A stretch of DNA of 64,000 nucleotides from Verrucomicrobiota bacterium. Its GTDB lineage: Bacteria > Verrucomicrobiota > Verrucomicrobiia > Limisphaerales > UBA8199. The stretch lies in contig JBEKRX010000031.1 in NCBI GenBank assembly GCA_049518415.1, positions 2,359 to 66,358 of the forward strand, given 5' to 3'. Positions 18,734 to 27,620 of this stretch are shown here, one piece after another (within the stretch, counting starts at the first letter, position 1; each line of letters opens with the position of its first letter). The position numbers were made by a program, and so were the translations under genes. The notes under the pieces are model-generated. The model ran no database searches, had not been told where the DNA came from, and was given only the letters and a program-made list of their open reading frames with translations.

Positions 18734-19594
18734 TTAGGGTTTTGGCGGTGCACCGCCTGATTGCTGGACTTCGATCGCTGCGAGCGCCGACTTTGCCGGT
18801 CCAAAGTCCGGTTGCAGACGCAGGACGGTTTCAAACTCGCTCCGCGCCTCGCTTACACGTCCCTCTTGCAGGCAGCTCGTCCCGAGGTTGAAGTGAGCCT
18901 GCCAGTAGTCCGGCTTGAGTTTAACGGCCTGTCGAAAGTGCACCAAGGCGTCGTTCGCCCGCCCGACCTTCTGCAGCGCAGTGCCGAGGTTGTTGTGGGC
19001 CGAGGCGTAATCCGACATGATTTTTACCGCTTGCTCGAAGTGCTGTATGGCTTCCTCGTTCCGCTCGAGGCGCATCAGCAGATTGCCCAAATTATTGTGG
19101 GCCTCAGCATAGTCTGGAAAAATGCGCAAGGCCTCCCCGTATTGCTGGATCGCTTCCTCAAATCTCCCCAGCCGCGTCAGCGCCAACCCCAGGTCATAAT
19201 GAACGTCCTCGTCCTCCGGGTTCAACCGCATCGCTTCGGTCAGAACCCGGGCGGCCTCGGCCGGATTGCCCTCAGCGAGCAGCTCGTTGCCGCGGTTCAC
19301 TTGAATGATGAACTCCCGGTGGTTGTTAGCGGCGTGGGTGGCATGCTGGGCGGTTGGCGGGTTGGTGGGCATACCGGTCCGGGCGACCGGAGGCGCCGGT
19401 GGTTCCCTGGGCGTTTTGCCTGAATGCCTCCAGGAGCTCACAGCGAACCAACCCGCCAGTGCGATGGCGCCCAAACCCGCGAGGAGCGCCAGTCTCCAGC
19501 GGGACCGACGGCTGGCGCTCGGCGCCGCGGAGCGCAGGGAGTTTCCGCCCCGTTGATGGGGTGGACGATGGCGCTGGTTGTGCTTCGCCCTCAT
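18734..19594 (-). CDS. Membrane-anchored TPR repeat protein
   Basis: TM anchor WRLALLAGLGAIALAGWFAV followed by ~5 canonical 34-aa TPRs (YDLGLALTRLGRFEEAIQQYGEALRIFPDYAEAHNNLGNLL...). Confidence 0.75.
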   Translation of the reverse strand: MRAKHNQRHRPPHQRGGNSLRSAAPSASRRSRWRLALLAGLGAIALAGWFAVSSWRHSGKTPREPPAPPVARTGMPTNPPTAQHATHAANNHREFIIQVNRGNELLAEGNPAEAARVLTEAMRLNPEDEDVHYDLGLALTRLGRFEEAIQQYGEALRIFPDYAEAHNNLGNLLMRLERNEEAIQHFEQAVKIMSDYASAHNNLGTALQKVGRANDALVHFRQAVKLKPDYWQAHFNLGTSCLQEGRVSEARSEFETVLRLQPDFGPAKSALAAIEVQQSGGAPPKP

Positions 19595-20305
19595 GCGTGT
19601 CGAAAGGATTGTAAACTCCGCACCGTGGTGGGCAACAACAACCGGGTCAAAAGTCGGTAGTCTGCCTCCAACCGTTTTCTCATGGGCGCTTAGGTCAAGC
19701 GCCTGCCAACCGGCCCGGGCTGGCTGGCGCGGGGCTTGGGATAGACCGCTTCCAGTCCCCTTTCCCGCAGCCGCCGCCGCACGAAATCCGGCGCCCGTTC
19801 AGCCTTTCCGCGCCGGCGCGCGCAGCGGTCTGGCCCACTTCTCTCGTCACTCGCCAAACACCGTCAGTACGCCCCGCCCCCGCAAGGGAGGCAACGCGGG
19901 GCGAAAGTCAACGAAGGAGCCGTCACGAAATGACCGGTAAAATATGACGCCGGGATTTTGGCTGCTGGCAAGCCGGGAGCGAGGAGCTTCTGCGGACGCG
20001 TCGGTCATGCTGCGGTCGGTGAGCTGGATGGCCATTCGGTGCCTATGGATGTCCTGAATCTGGCTGGACTTTGCAGCGAGGATTGCTTATTCTCGACGCA
20101 GAGCATTGGACTGCATCGGAGCGGTGGCGTGGTCGGTCAGTGATTGGCGGTATGCCAGATCGTAAGACGGCGCGTCTTACGCTACAGATTTGTGCTTTCC
20201 GTCTCCCGGCAGCTCTGCGGAAACTATGTCGGAAGAAGTGCCTTGGCCGTAGCCGTCGCTGGGCAATTTGATCGAGCGCAACCAAAAGCGTAACGCTGCT
20301 GCTGT

Positions 20306-20686
20306 GTGAATGCCCCAACCCCACTCCGCGTGAAAACGGTCCTCTTGGTCGATGACGGAGATGAATCTCGCCTCCTCACCAGGTGGTTTTTGACTTACTT
20401 CGGGTACGTCGTGGATTCCGTGCGCAGCGCCGAGGAAGCCCTCGGTGTCTTCGACCCGAAAATTCATGACGCCGTTGTGACCGACAATTCCATGCAGGGG
20501 ATGACCGGGGTGGAGATGGCGCACATTATCAAGCTCAGGTCTCCTGCCACACCCGTGATCATGCACACCGGATTGGTGCCCGAAGATCGCTCCTGCCTGG
20601 ATTTCGTGGTGCAGAAACCGGCTCACCTGCTGGAAATTAAAGAGGCTCTCGATAAATTCCTGGGTGGAATGCCGCCCCCGAAGTGA
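20306..20686 (+). CDS. Stand-alone response-regulator receiver (CheY-like)
   Basis: VLLVDDGDES (acidic pocket), VVTDNSMQGMTG (phospho-Asp context), VVQKP (conserved Lys). No output domain. Confidence 0.85.
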   Translation: MNAPTPLRVKTVLLVDDGDESRLLTRWFLTYFGYVVDSVRSAEEALGVFDPKIHDAVVTDNSMQGMTGVEMAHIIKLRSPATPVIMHTGLVPEDRSCLDFVVQKPAHLLEIKEALDKFLGGMPPPK

Positions 20687-20927
20687 TGCCCGGGTATTTC
20701 CACCGCGCGCTCTTCACGCTCTGAATCAACAACTCGCGCCGACCTGGAGCGAACGATTATTTGATTATTTCGCCTTGTCCGAAAAGTGATTGGCCTTGTC
20801 TTATTTATGTATAGACTTCATAACCGATTTCCGCTTTAATACCGTTTGCTAATAATGCCGGTCAAGGTCCCGAGTGAGAGAAGGCCACAGATGGGAGGCA
20901 GTCCGGCTAGGGTGCCGGCCCCGGAAG

Positions 20928-20966
20928 GGTGTCGATATTCTTAACGGTGTCGATATTCTTAACGGT
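20928..20966. repeat. Perfect tandem duplication, 18-nt unit ggtgtcgatattcttaac x2 (+ggt)
   Basis: Read directly from the sequence. Intergenic. Confidence 0.95.
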
Positions 20967-21201
20967 CGCATGGCGGGAGTGCCCGACGGCCGATAACAGT
21001 TTCATAAACACCGTAGAATCAAGGCCTTACGCAAGCGCCGCTGGTTGGGACTGGCAGTAGAGCGCTTCTGGGTGTCGGTCAAGCTTACACAATCGCCGAA
21101 AAAGCCAAGGGCTGATCGAACGGAGAATACGAAAATCCGAGACCCTAAGTGGTTGAGAATAAACATGATACAACTAAGCACCCCGTCCCGCTGTCATATT
21201 G

Positions 21202-21243
21202 GCATGGGAATGGCTAATTTCTGCATGGGAATGGCTAATTTCT
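21202..21243. repeat. Perfect tandem duplication, 21-nt unit gcatgggaatggctaatttct x2
   Basis: Read directly from the sequence. Intergenic, AT-rich surroundings. Confidence 0.95.
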
Positions 21244-21812
21244 GAATAGTTAATTCCTGATTTGGTTAGATTACAAGACAGGCTCTGTGGCAGAGTCTGT
21301 GGGTCACAATCGCCCTCCAGGACTGGCGCCTCCCCAATGGGATAGAATGGTGCACAGCCCCGCTGGCGGCGGATAACGGTGAGCTTTTCGCTTTCGACCA
21401 TGGATTGCCAGGCATCTTCGAGAGTGGGACCGAGTGGTCACCGCTGTCGGCGTGCATTTGTCAGGCCGTTCTGGGCCGAACACAGGGCGTTTTCCGCGCT
21501 CTGGAGTCAGCGTTCACTCACAGATTCTGCTATGGAGGCGGAAAGTCGATGTTGTGGGACGGGCAGAAAAGCGAGCCTGGCAGGGGCGCCTGCCGGAGGG
21601 GGCTGGGTGTGGTTTTGGCTATTGGGGCCACCTACCCCTTCCGCCCCTCGTGGAACCTGCTGCCCATTTCGCATCAGGATCTTCCACGACCCGGTTGGTT
21701 GGCATTGGGACGGGGCCTGTTCTCGGCGGTTGAAGCAGCCGCAGGAGGAACTCGCGCTGGAGAGATTCGGGGCTGTTCCAGCCCAAAAGTGACGTCCCAA
21801 TGGAGGTGCTGA

Positions 21813-22910
21813 ATGCTTGCTCACGATCATCTTGCCCTGCAGCTTCTTCGCCTCAAGCCGCCTGAAGAGTGGCTGAATCGAGGCCACAGCTTCTCTTTCC
21901 TGTTTCCGCAGGGGGGCGTCGGAACGTTCGTCTCCGCGGCGATCAATCATCCCCTTGCACCCGGCGATGTCCTTGTTCTCACGGAGGCCCAGGGTGGCAA
22001 GGTCTGCGCCGCGGACGCTGGGGAACTGGTCTTTTGGTGCTTTTCCCTCTGTTTGGAGCATCTGTACCCGCTGTTTGGGAGCAATGAGCTGGCCCTGTTG
22101 CAGCACGTCACCGAATGTTTCAGGACCCCCAGGCTGTATCCCGCTCCCAGCCCCCTTGCCCAGGAATGCCATCGACTGCTGGCGGCTGCCCCGGCCCAAC
22201 ACCACCTGGACCACCGCGGCCAATTGCTGCGGGTCGTGACCGCCATTTTAACCGTGGAATTCAAAGACGCCCGCCGCCAGCGGGGCGGGTTTGTCGGCAC
22301 CGAGGAACACATGATCCACGTGTTCGAGGAGCTTTTAGTGGCTGACATCATGGGTCTTACGGTGGGGGAATTGGCGGACAAATTCCATTGCAGCCCGCGC
22401 CATTTGAACCGCCTCTTTCATCAGCACTTTGGCTTCTCCGTGGCCGCCCTGAGAATGGAGATGCGGTTGATCAAAGCCATTTCCCTGCTGCGAAATCGCG
22501 ACGCCAAGGTCATCCACGTGGCTGAACAATGCGGTTTCAACCACCTGGGTCTTTTCAATTCCTGCTTCAGGCGCCGGTTCGGCACCAGCCCGGGCCAGTG
22601 GCGCGACGGCAATATGCCCGCCCACGCTCACCCCGCAGGACTGATCGAGGGCGACCACCTTTGTCAAATGCGAGCCAACGGTTTGTGCCCCTGGACCGGC
22701 AAGCCCGGCAGCGCAGGACCCACCAGCCCAAAACCCGCCCGCTTGAGCCCCTCCGGGCTCCGGAAGGCGGGCTCCCCCTTCGGTCCGCTGGCGCCCCAAC
22801 CCCGGGACGCATCGGTGAAGGGCGTCATCCGCGCAAAGCTGGAGGCCGCCGTCCGCGCAAAGCTGGAGGCCGCCTCCCGTCCCACATCGGAGAAAGGCCG
22901 TGGTTTATGA
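21813..22910 (+). CDS. AraC-family transcriptional regulator
   Basis: C-terminal dual HTH: HCSPRHLNRLFHQHFGFSVAALRMEMRLIKAISLLRN...IHVAEQCGFNHLGLFNSCFRRRFGTSPGQWR. Cupin-like N-terminal half. A ~95-aa low-complexity tail may be read-through. Confidence 0.8.
   Translation: MLAHDHLALQLLRLKPPEEWLNRGHSFSFLFPQGGVGTFVSAAINHPLAPGDVLVLTEAQGGKVCAADAGELVFWCFSLCLEHLYPLFGSNELALLQHVTECFRTPRLYPAPSPLAQECHRLLAAAPAQHHLDHRGQLLRVVTAILTVEFKDARRQRGGFVGTEEHMIHVFEELLVADIMGLTVGELADKFHCSPRHLNRLFHQHFGFSVAALRMEMRLIKAISLLRNRDAKVIHVAEQCGFNHLGLFNSCFRRRFGTSPGQWRDGNMPAHAHPAGLIEGDHLCQMRANGLCPWTGKPGSAGPTSPKPARLSPSGLRKAGSPFGPLAPQPRDASVKGVIRAKLEAAVRAKLEAASRPTSEKGRGL
22828..22875. repeat. 24-nt tandem duplication (tccgcgcaaagctggaggccgcc x2) giving RAKLEAA-RAKLEAA
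   Basis: 23/24 identical units in the AraC tail, just upstream of the priming transferase start. Confidence 0.9.
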
Positions 22911-22947
22911 ACCGCGCGCGAACACTGCGAATCCAGGAGCACCGCCG

Positions 22948-24348
22948 ATGATTTCCGACCGTCGCCGAGGCATCCAGCACCTGGTCCTGCTCTCCCAGTG
23001 CATCCTGGTGACACTGGCCTTCTGGACCTGGTTCTTCCTCTGCTACCACCTTCCCATCGACCGTGCGGCCATCGGCCGTTACCTCATTTACAATGAATTT
23101 GTTCTCCTGGGCCTGCTCATCGGCTCCGGGCCCTTCCGGGTGGACGCCGGCCTGCACACCCCGAGCTTTGAAGAGATCAACCGCCGCTCCTTCCGGCAGC
23201 TCGGCACCACCCTCTTTTATCTGCTGCTCTACCTGGTCGCCGCCCACGATGCGAATATTTCCCGCCTGTTCTTCTTCACCTTCATTCCGCTGCTTTACCT
23301 GGTTCTCTACGCGACCAACCGCTTCCTGCCGTCCCCCCTCGGCCGCCTGATCTTCCGCCGGGCGCTGCATCAGAAAGTCCTGCTGATGGGGCCGAGACGC
23401 AAAGCGGTCCAGTTGAAACGCTGGCTCGAAGAAAATCAGCACCTGGGTTTGGAGGTGTTGGGGTTGCTGACCGAAGACGCGGACGACGACACCAGCGCTT
23501 CCCTGCCGACGCTCGGGCGGCCCGAGGAGCTCGAGAAGACATTGGCCGCCCCGGGGATCATGAAGGTCATCATGGCCGAGTTTCCCCGCACCAATGGCTT
23601 GGTGCAGCATTACACCAACCTCTGCGAGGGGCGCGGCATCCGGTTGCTCGTCGTGGCGGACCTCGACGAGATCTTCGGCCATCCCCTGGCGGTCTTCGAA
23701 GACCAGGGCAAGTTTTTCATCGGCTTGCGCGAGGAGCCGTTGGAGAACCCAATCAACCGATTTTTCAAACGTTGCGTGGACATCGCGGTGAGTCTGCCCG
23801 TGGTTCTGTTCATTCTGCCGCCGCTGCTTTTGTTTGCGTGGATTTGCCAGCGCCTCCAGTCGCCCGGGCCGCTCTTTTTCGTCCAGCCGCGCGAGGGTTT
23901 CCACAACGAGCCCTTCCCGATTCTCAAATTGCGAACCATGCACGTCGGGGACCCGGCGAATGACACGCTGCCAGACTCGAAGGACGACCCCAGGCTATTC
24001 CGGATCGGCAGCTTCCTGAGGAAATCCAGCCTGGATGAAATGCCCCAATTCTGGAACGTGCTGCGCGGCCACATGAGCGTCGTGGGACCACGACCCCACA
24101 TCATGGCGGATAATCAACGCTTCCTGCGTTTCTACGACAAAGCCTACGTGCGCAGTTTCGTGAAGCCGGGAATTACCGGGCTTGCCCAAGTCAGGGGCTT
24201 TCGCGGCAGGGTTGAAACTTCTGACGAGGGGGCGCACCGCATGGAGTCCGACCTTGAATACCTGGAGAACTGGTCTTTGTGGCTCGATTTCTGGCTGATC
24301 TTCCGCACGGCACTCCAGATGTTCTGCCCACCGAAAGGAGCGGTATGA
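22948..24348 (+). CDS. Polyprenyl-phosphate hexose-1-phosphate transferase (WbaP/EpsB-type priming sugar transferase)
   Basis: Bacterial sugar-transferase core: KRCVDIAVSLPVVLFILPPLL...SPGPLFFVQPREGF...FPILKLRTM...DPRLFRIGSFLRKSSLDEMPQFWNVLRGHMSVVGPRP. The ORF opens at GTG 22900. ATG 22948 (MISDRRRG) was chosen and the start is uncertain. Confidence 0.85.
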   Translation: MISDRRRGIQHLVLLSQCILVTLAFWTWFFLCYHLPIDRAAIGRYLIYNEFVLLGLLIGSGPFRVDAGLHTPSFEEINRRSFRQLGTTLFYLLLYLVAAHDANISRLFFFTFIPLLYLVLYATNRFLPSPLGRLIFRRALHQKVLLMGPRRKAVQLKRWLEENQHLGLEVLGLLTEDADDDTSASLPTLGRPEELEKTLAAPGIMKVIMAEFPRTNGLVQHYTNLCEGRGIRLLVVADLDEIFGHPLAVFEDQGKFFIGLREEPLENPINRFFKRCVDIAVSLPVVLFILPPLLLFAWICQRLQSPGPLFFVQPREGFHNEPFPILKLRTMHVGDPANDTLPDSKDDPRLFRIGSFLRKSSLDEMPQFWNVLRGHMSVVGPRPHIMADNQRFLRFYDKAYVRSFVKPGITGLAQVRGFRGRVETSDEGAHRMESDLEYLENWSLWLDFWLIFRTALQMFCPPKGAV

Positions 24349-25682
24349 AGAGCGGAGGTCGGAAGACAGAGGTCAGAGGTCAGAGGGCGGAAGGCCGAGG
24401 CCGGAAGTCCGAGGTCAGAGGTCAGTGCCTCCGACCTCCGACCTCCGACCTCCGACCTCTGTGCTTTATCTGCGCCGCGCTGGCCGCCGCTGGCGGCAGC
24501 GCTTCGGCCCAGGACGCCCTCCGCCTTTCCCTGAGCTGCCAGTCTGCCGCCTCCCAGCCCCGCCTGGAACTCGAAAACCAACCCTACACCGTCCGTTGGG
24601 GCGATTTGAAGGTCCTCGCCTCCGCTTCGCTGGACGGCGAGTGGAATGACAATGTGAACCTGGCTCACGCCGATCCCCAGCAGGACTTCATCATTCGGCC
24701 GCTGGCCAACTTCGGTGTCTTCTGGCCGGTCACCGAGCTCAATGCCTTGACCTTCTCGCTCGGCGCCGGTTACGAAAAGTTTGTCAGCCACGACCAATAT
24801 GATCGGCCCCTGATCACGCCCGGATCTGCGCTGACCTGGGACATTTTCACCAAGAACCTCCGCATCAATCTCCATGACCAGTTCTCGTACGAGCAGGACC
24901 CGACGGCCTGGGGCGCCATCAGCCGCACCGCCAGGGCCGGCGGATTGGACAATACCCTGGGGGCGATGGCCGTGTGGGACCTGCACGATGTGGTCCTTTC
25001 CTTCGGCTACGACCATTTCAACTTCGTCTCCTCCTCCTCGACCTACGACTACCTGAGCCGCGCTTCCGATTTCCTCCTGCTCCGGGCCGTCTTTAAGGTC
25101 CACCCGGCGGCGACCGCCGGCCTCGAGCTGAGCGGCGGCCCGACCGCTTACGACCAGAAGCTCCTGAGCGACAACGTGACCGCTAGCGCGGGCGGGTTTG
25201 CCGAGTGGCAGGCCACCGAGGTTATCAAACTGCTGGCGAGACTTGGCTTCTATCAATACAGCTTCTCCAACGAAGGCGCGGCTGCCGGGAGCGGCGATCA
25301 ATCCGGCTATTATGCCTCCTTGAACCTGTCCTATCGGCCGAGTCCTAAAATCAGCTACTCGGTGGAGGGCGGTCACGAGGCCTTCATGGGCAACTCCTCC
25401 GCCCTGACCGACCAGTACTACGGCACTGCTTCTGTCAATTGGCGCCTCATTGAGCATATCTCGCTCTCCACCTCGGTTCGGTATGAAACCGCCACACAAC
25501 CCATTGGACCCTTTAGGGACAATTATGACCGCGTGTCCGCCAACCTCAGGTTGTCCTGCCCCATAAAGCAGAAGCTGACCGCCAGCCTGAACTACCGGTA
25601 TTGGCTCAAGACCTCGGGTCTGAGCCAGTTCCTCGATTATGAGCAAAACTGCCTCACCTTGCACCCTGCATACCAGTTTTGA
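24345..25682 (+). CDS. Putative outer-membrane beta-barrel protein of the EPS export module
   Basis: ATGA overlap with the upstream stop. Signal-like LCFICAALAAAGGSASAQD. Alternating beta-strand-like composition and a terminal aromatic residue (...LHPAYQF). The position between the priming GT and the Wza-like gene matches PEP-CTERM-associated OM proteins. The family call is inference. Confidence 0.5.
   Translation: MKSGGRKTEVRGQRAEGRGRKSEVRGQCLRPPTSDLRPLCFICAALAAAGGSASAQDALRLSLSCQSAASQPRLELENQPYTVRWGDLKVLASASLDGEWNDNVNLAHADPQQDFIIRPLANFGVFWPVTELNALTFSLGAGYEKFVSHDQYDRPLITPGSALTWDIFTKNLRINLHDQFSYEQDPTAWGAISRTARAGGLDNTLGAMAVWDLHDVVLSFGYDHFNFVSSSSTYDYLSRASDFLLLRAVFKVHPAATAGLELSGGPTAYDQKLLSDNVTASAGGFAEWQATEVIKLLARLGFYQYSFSNEGAAAGSGDQSGYYASLNLSYRPSPKISYSVEGGHEAFMGNSSALTDQYYGTASVNWRLIEHISLSTSVRYETATQPIGPFRDNYDRVSANLRLSCPIKQKLTASLNYRYWLKTSGLSQFLDYEQNCLTLHPAYQF
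24354..24455. repeat. Heptamer-array inverted repeat (cagaggt x n ... ccgacct x n)
   Basis: The arms gaggtcagaggtcag / ctccgacctccgacctc are imperfectly complementary. It lies in the first ~110 nt of the OM-barrel ORF. Confidence 0.8.
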
Positions 25683-25686
25683 TTCC

Positions 25687-26640
25687 ATGAACGCTCCCCA
25701 AAAACCACGGACCGCGAGGAGTAACCCGCAGAACACGCAGAACACGCGGAATTCAGAACCCTCCCATCTGCCTTTCCGCGTATTCAGCGTATTCCGCGGT
25801 TGCTTCTTCGGCTGCCCCCTGCCTTTCCGCGTATTCAGCGTGTTCTGCGGGTACTTCTTCGGTTGCGCCCTGGTGCTCGCCGCCTTCGGTTCCGCGGCCG
25901 CCGACCCTCGCTTTGCCGACCCCAAGACCTGGTTGCAGGGTCTAAGCAATCAGTGGAACGCCACCTCGCCGGCCCCAACCAATGTCCCTCCGACCAACGC
26001 TGCTCCCCTGACCTCCGACCTCCGACCTCCAACCTCCGCCCCCCCGGCCTCCGGATCTAACACCAACGCCTTCTCCACCATGGACACCCTGGACGACAAG
26101 CACAAGCTGGCCCTGGGCGACCGCCTCAGCTTTCGCATTGTCGAGGACCAGGAAGACCCGAGGGAAACCCTCGCCCCCAAACCGCCTGTCCCCGTCACTG
26201 ATTCAGGCGATGTCGAGGTCCCCTACATCGGGCGGTTTCCGGCCGTCGGCAAGACCTGCAAACAGTTGGCCCGTGAAATCAGAACCGAGCTCGAGAAGAA
26301 ATACTATTACCAGGCCACGGTCATCATCGCCCTCGACCTGGTGACCAGGAGCGGCGGCCGGGTCTATCTCGTGGGCCAAGTGCGGGCCTCCGGGCCCGTT
26401 GAGATTCCGGGCGACGAGGTCTTCACGCTCAGCAAGGCCATCCTGCGCGCCGGCGGCTTCACCGAGTATGCGAACCAGCGCCATGTCAAAGTCACGCGCA
26501 ATGGGCGCGACGCCGCGAACAAAACGCAGACATTCATCGTAAACATGAACGAAGTCTTCGAGAAAGGCAAAACCGAAAGCGACATGAAACTCGAACCCGG
26601 CGACCTGATCTTCGTCCCCCGCCGGCTGGTCATCTTTTAG
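25687..26640 (+). CDS. Polysaccharide export protein (Wza / Poly_export + SLBB type)
   Basis: LALGDRLSFRIVEDQ...VTDSGDVEVPYIGRFPAVGKTCKQLAREIRTELEK.YY...VYLVGQVRASGPVEIPGDEVFTLSKAILRAGGFTEYA...LEPGDLIFVP. The start is uncertain because the first ~60 codons are repeat element copy A. Confidence 0.8.
   Translation: MNAPQKPRTARSNPQNTQNTRNSEPSHLPFRVFSVFRGCFFGCPLPFRVFSVFCGYFFGCALVLAAFGSAAADPRFADPKTWLQGLSNQWNATSPAPTNVPPTNAAPLTSDLRPPTSAPPASGSNTNAFSTMDTLDDKHKLALGDRLSFRIVEDQEDPRETLAPKPPVPVTDSGDVEVPYIGRFPAVGKTCKQLAREIRTELEKKYYYQATVIIALDLVTRSGGRVYLVGQVRASGPVEIPGDEVFTLSKAILRAGGFTEYANQRHVKVTRNGRDAANKTQTFIVNMNEVFEKGKTESDMKLEPGDLIFVPRRLVIF
25724..25867 (-). repeat. 9-mer palindromic element, copy A (inverted relative to B-D, with a partial internal duplication)
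   Basis: ccgcagaacacgcagaacacgcggaattcagaa...ctgcctttccgcgtattcagcgtattccgcggttgcttcttcggctgc, followed by a second ctgcctttccgcgtattcagcgtgttctgcgg. Confidence 0.85.
26008..26040. repeat. Heptamer array cctccga x4 inside the Wza-like ORF (PLTSDLRPPTSAPP)
   Basis: Read directly from the sequence. Same unit as in 24425-24455. Confidence 0.8.
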
Positions 26641-26806
26641 CGTTGACGGTAAGCCGGGTTCCGGCCGCCTTGAACCATTGGCCTGAACCCTGGCTCCTGT
26701 GAGCCTGGCTAAAATAGCGACTACTCGGCGAGTAGATTCGCGCCAAACGAAAAGAGGCCCGCGAATTGACCGGCACGAAGTGTCGGCTGCCCTCTGACGT
26801 CACTCT

Positions 26807-27616
26807 ATGGTCAAGGCGCATTTTGAGACAACCTATGAGGCCCGGGGGGTTCTTGACTCGAGCCTCGAAGCCGTGAAACAACTCATAACTGACTTCGCTG
26901 CGCGGCGCATCCTGGAAGTCGGAGGTGGTGCTCACCCTTCACTCGGCCCGGATTACATTGCCGCACGAGGCCTCGAGTACACCGTGAACGACGCGCGCGA
27001 AGAGGAATTAATGAAGGCCGATTCGACCTATCACAAGCTCCGCATGGAACTTGGCACTGAGGAACCGACGGCACTTTTCAAAGGGCGCTTTGATCTCATT
27101 TTCAGCCGGATCGTTCACGAGCATGTGTACAACATTCAGCGTTTTCACCAGACCATCCATTACATGCTGGCCGGGGGCGGCGCTGCAGTCCATTGCTTTC
27201 CGACATTGTACGCGCTTCCGTTTGTGATGAACAGACTCTTGCCCGAGTGCTCATGCGGCGGGCTTCTCAACTTCTTTGTTCCTGGCTTCACCGAAACACA
27301 TCGCCACTTTAGGGCCTATTACAGGTGGTGTCGTGGTCCCTCGCGCAGGATGATACGGCGGTTCGAGCGAGTTGGATTTGAGGTGGTCGAGTTTCGGGGG
27401 TACTTCGGTCATAGTTACTACCAAACGCGTATGCCCTTGCTCCATAAACTCGAGCGAGCAAAGGCGCGCTGGCTCGCCAAACATCCCATTCCCCTCTTAA
27501 CGAGCTTCTCTTGGGTTGTTTTGCGGAAGCGCAACGTTGATCCTGGAAGACGCATTAGCGACCTGCCCCCGCTCGGCGGAGTCGGCTCGAATCACGCCCC
27601 CGTGGATGTAATCTGA
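26807..27616 (+). CDS. Class I SAM-dependent methyltransferase (probable)
   Basis: ILEVGGGAHPSL (motif I-like), DLIFSRIVHEHV and AGGGAAVHCFP. The assignment is moderate. Confidence 0.55.
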   Translation: MVKAHFETTYEARGVLDSSLEAVKQLITDFAARRILEVGGGAHPSLGPDYIAARGLEYTVNDAREEELMKADSTYHKLRMELGTEEPTALFKGRFDLIFSRIVHEHVYNIQRFHQTIHYMLAGGGAAVHCFPTLYALPFVMNRLLPECSCGGLLNFFVPGFTETHRHFRAYYRWCRGPSRRMIRRFERVGFEVVEFRGYFGHSYYQTRMPLLHKLERAKARWLAKHPIPLLTSFSWVVLRKRNVDPGRRISDLPPLGGVGSNHAPVDVI

Positions 27617-27620
27617 CCGC

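Noticed and set aside
21174-21401. Small minus-strand ORF (75 aa) in the AT-rich intergenic region, considered as a toxin-antitoxin or small regulator
   Set aside because: There is no recognisable motif. Part of it is encoded by the 21-nt tandem duplication. There is no partner gene.
22825-23943. 372-aa minus-strand ORF
   Set aside because: It is antisense to the priming sugar transferase and has no recognisable domain.
24144-25949. 601-aa minus-strand ORF
   Set aside because: It is antisense to the OM-barrel and Wza-like genes, which have recognisable features. Its translation is Gly/Arg/Ala/Pro-rich low complexity, typical of shadow ORFs in high-GC DNA, and it runs through repeat elements.
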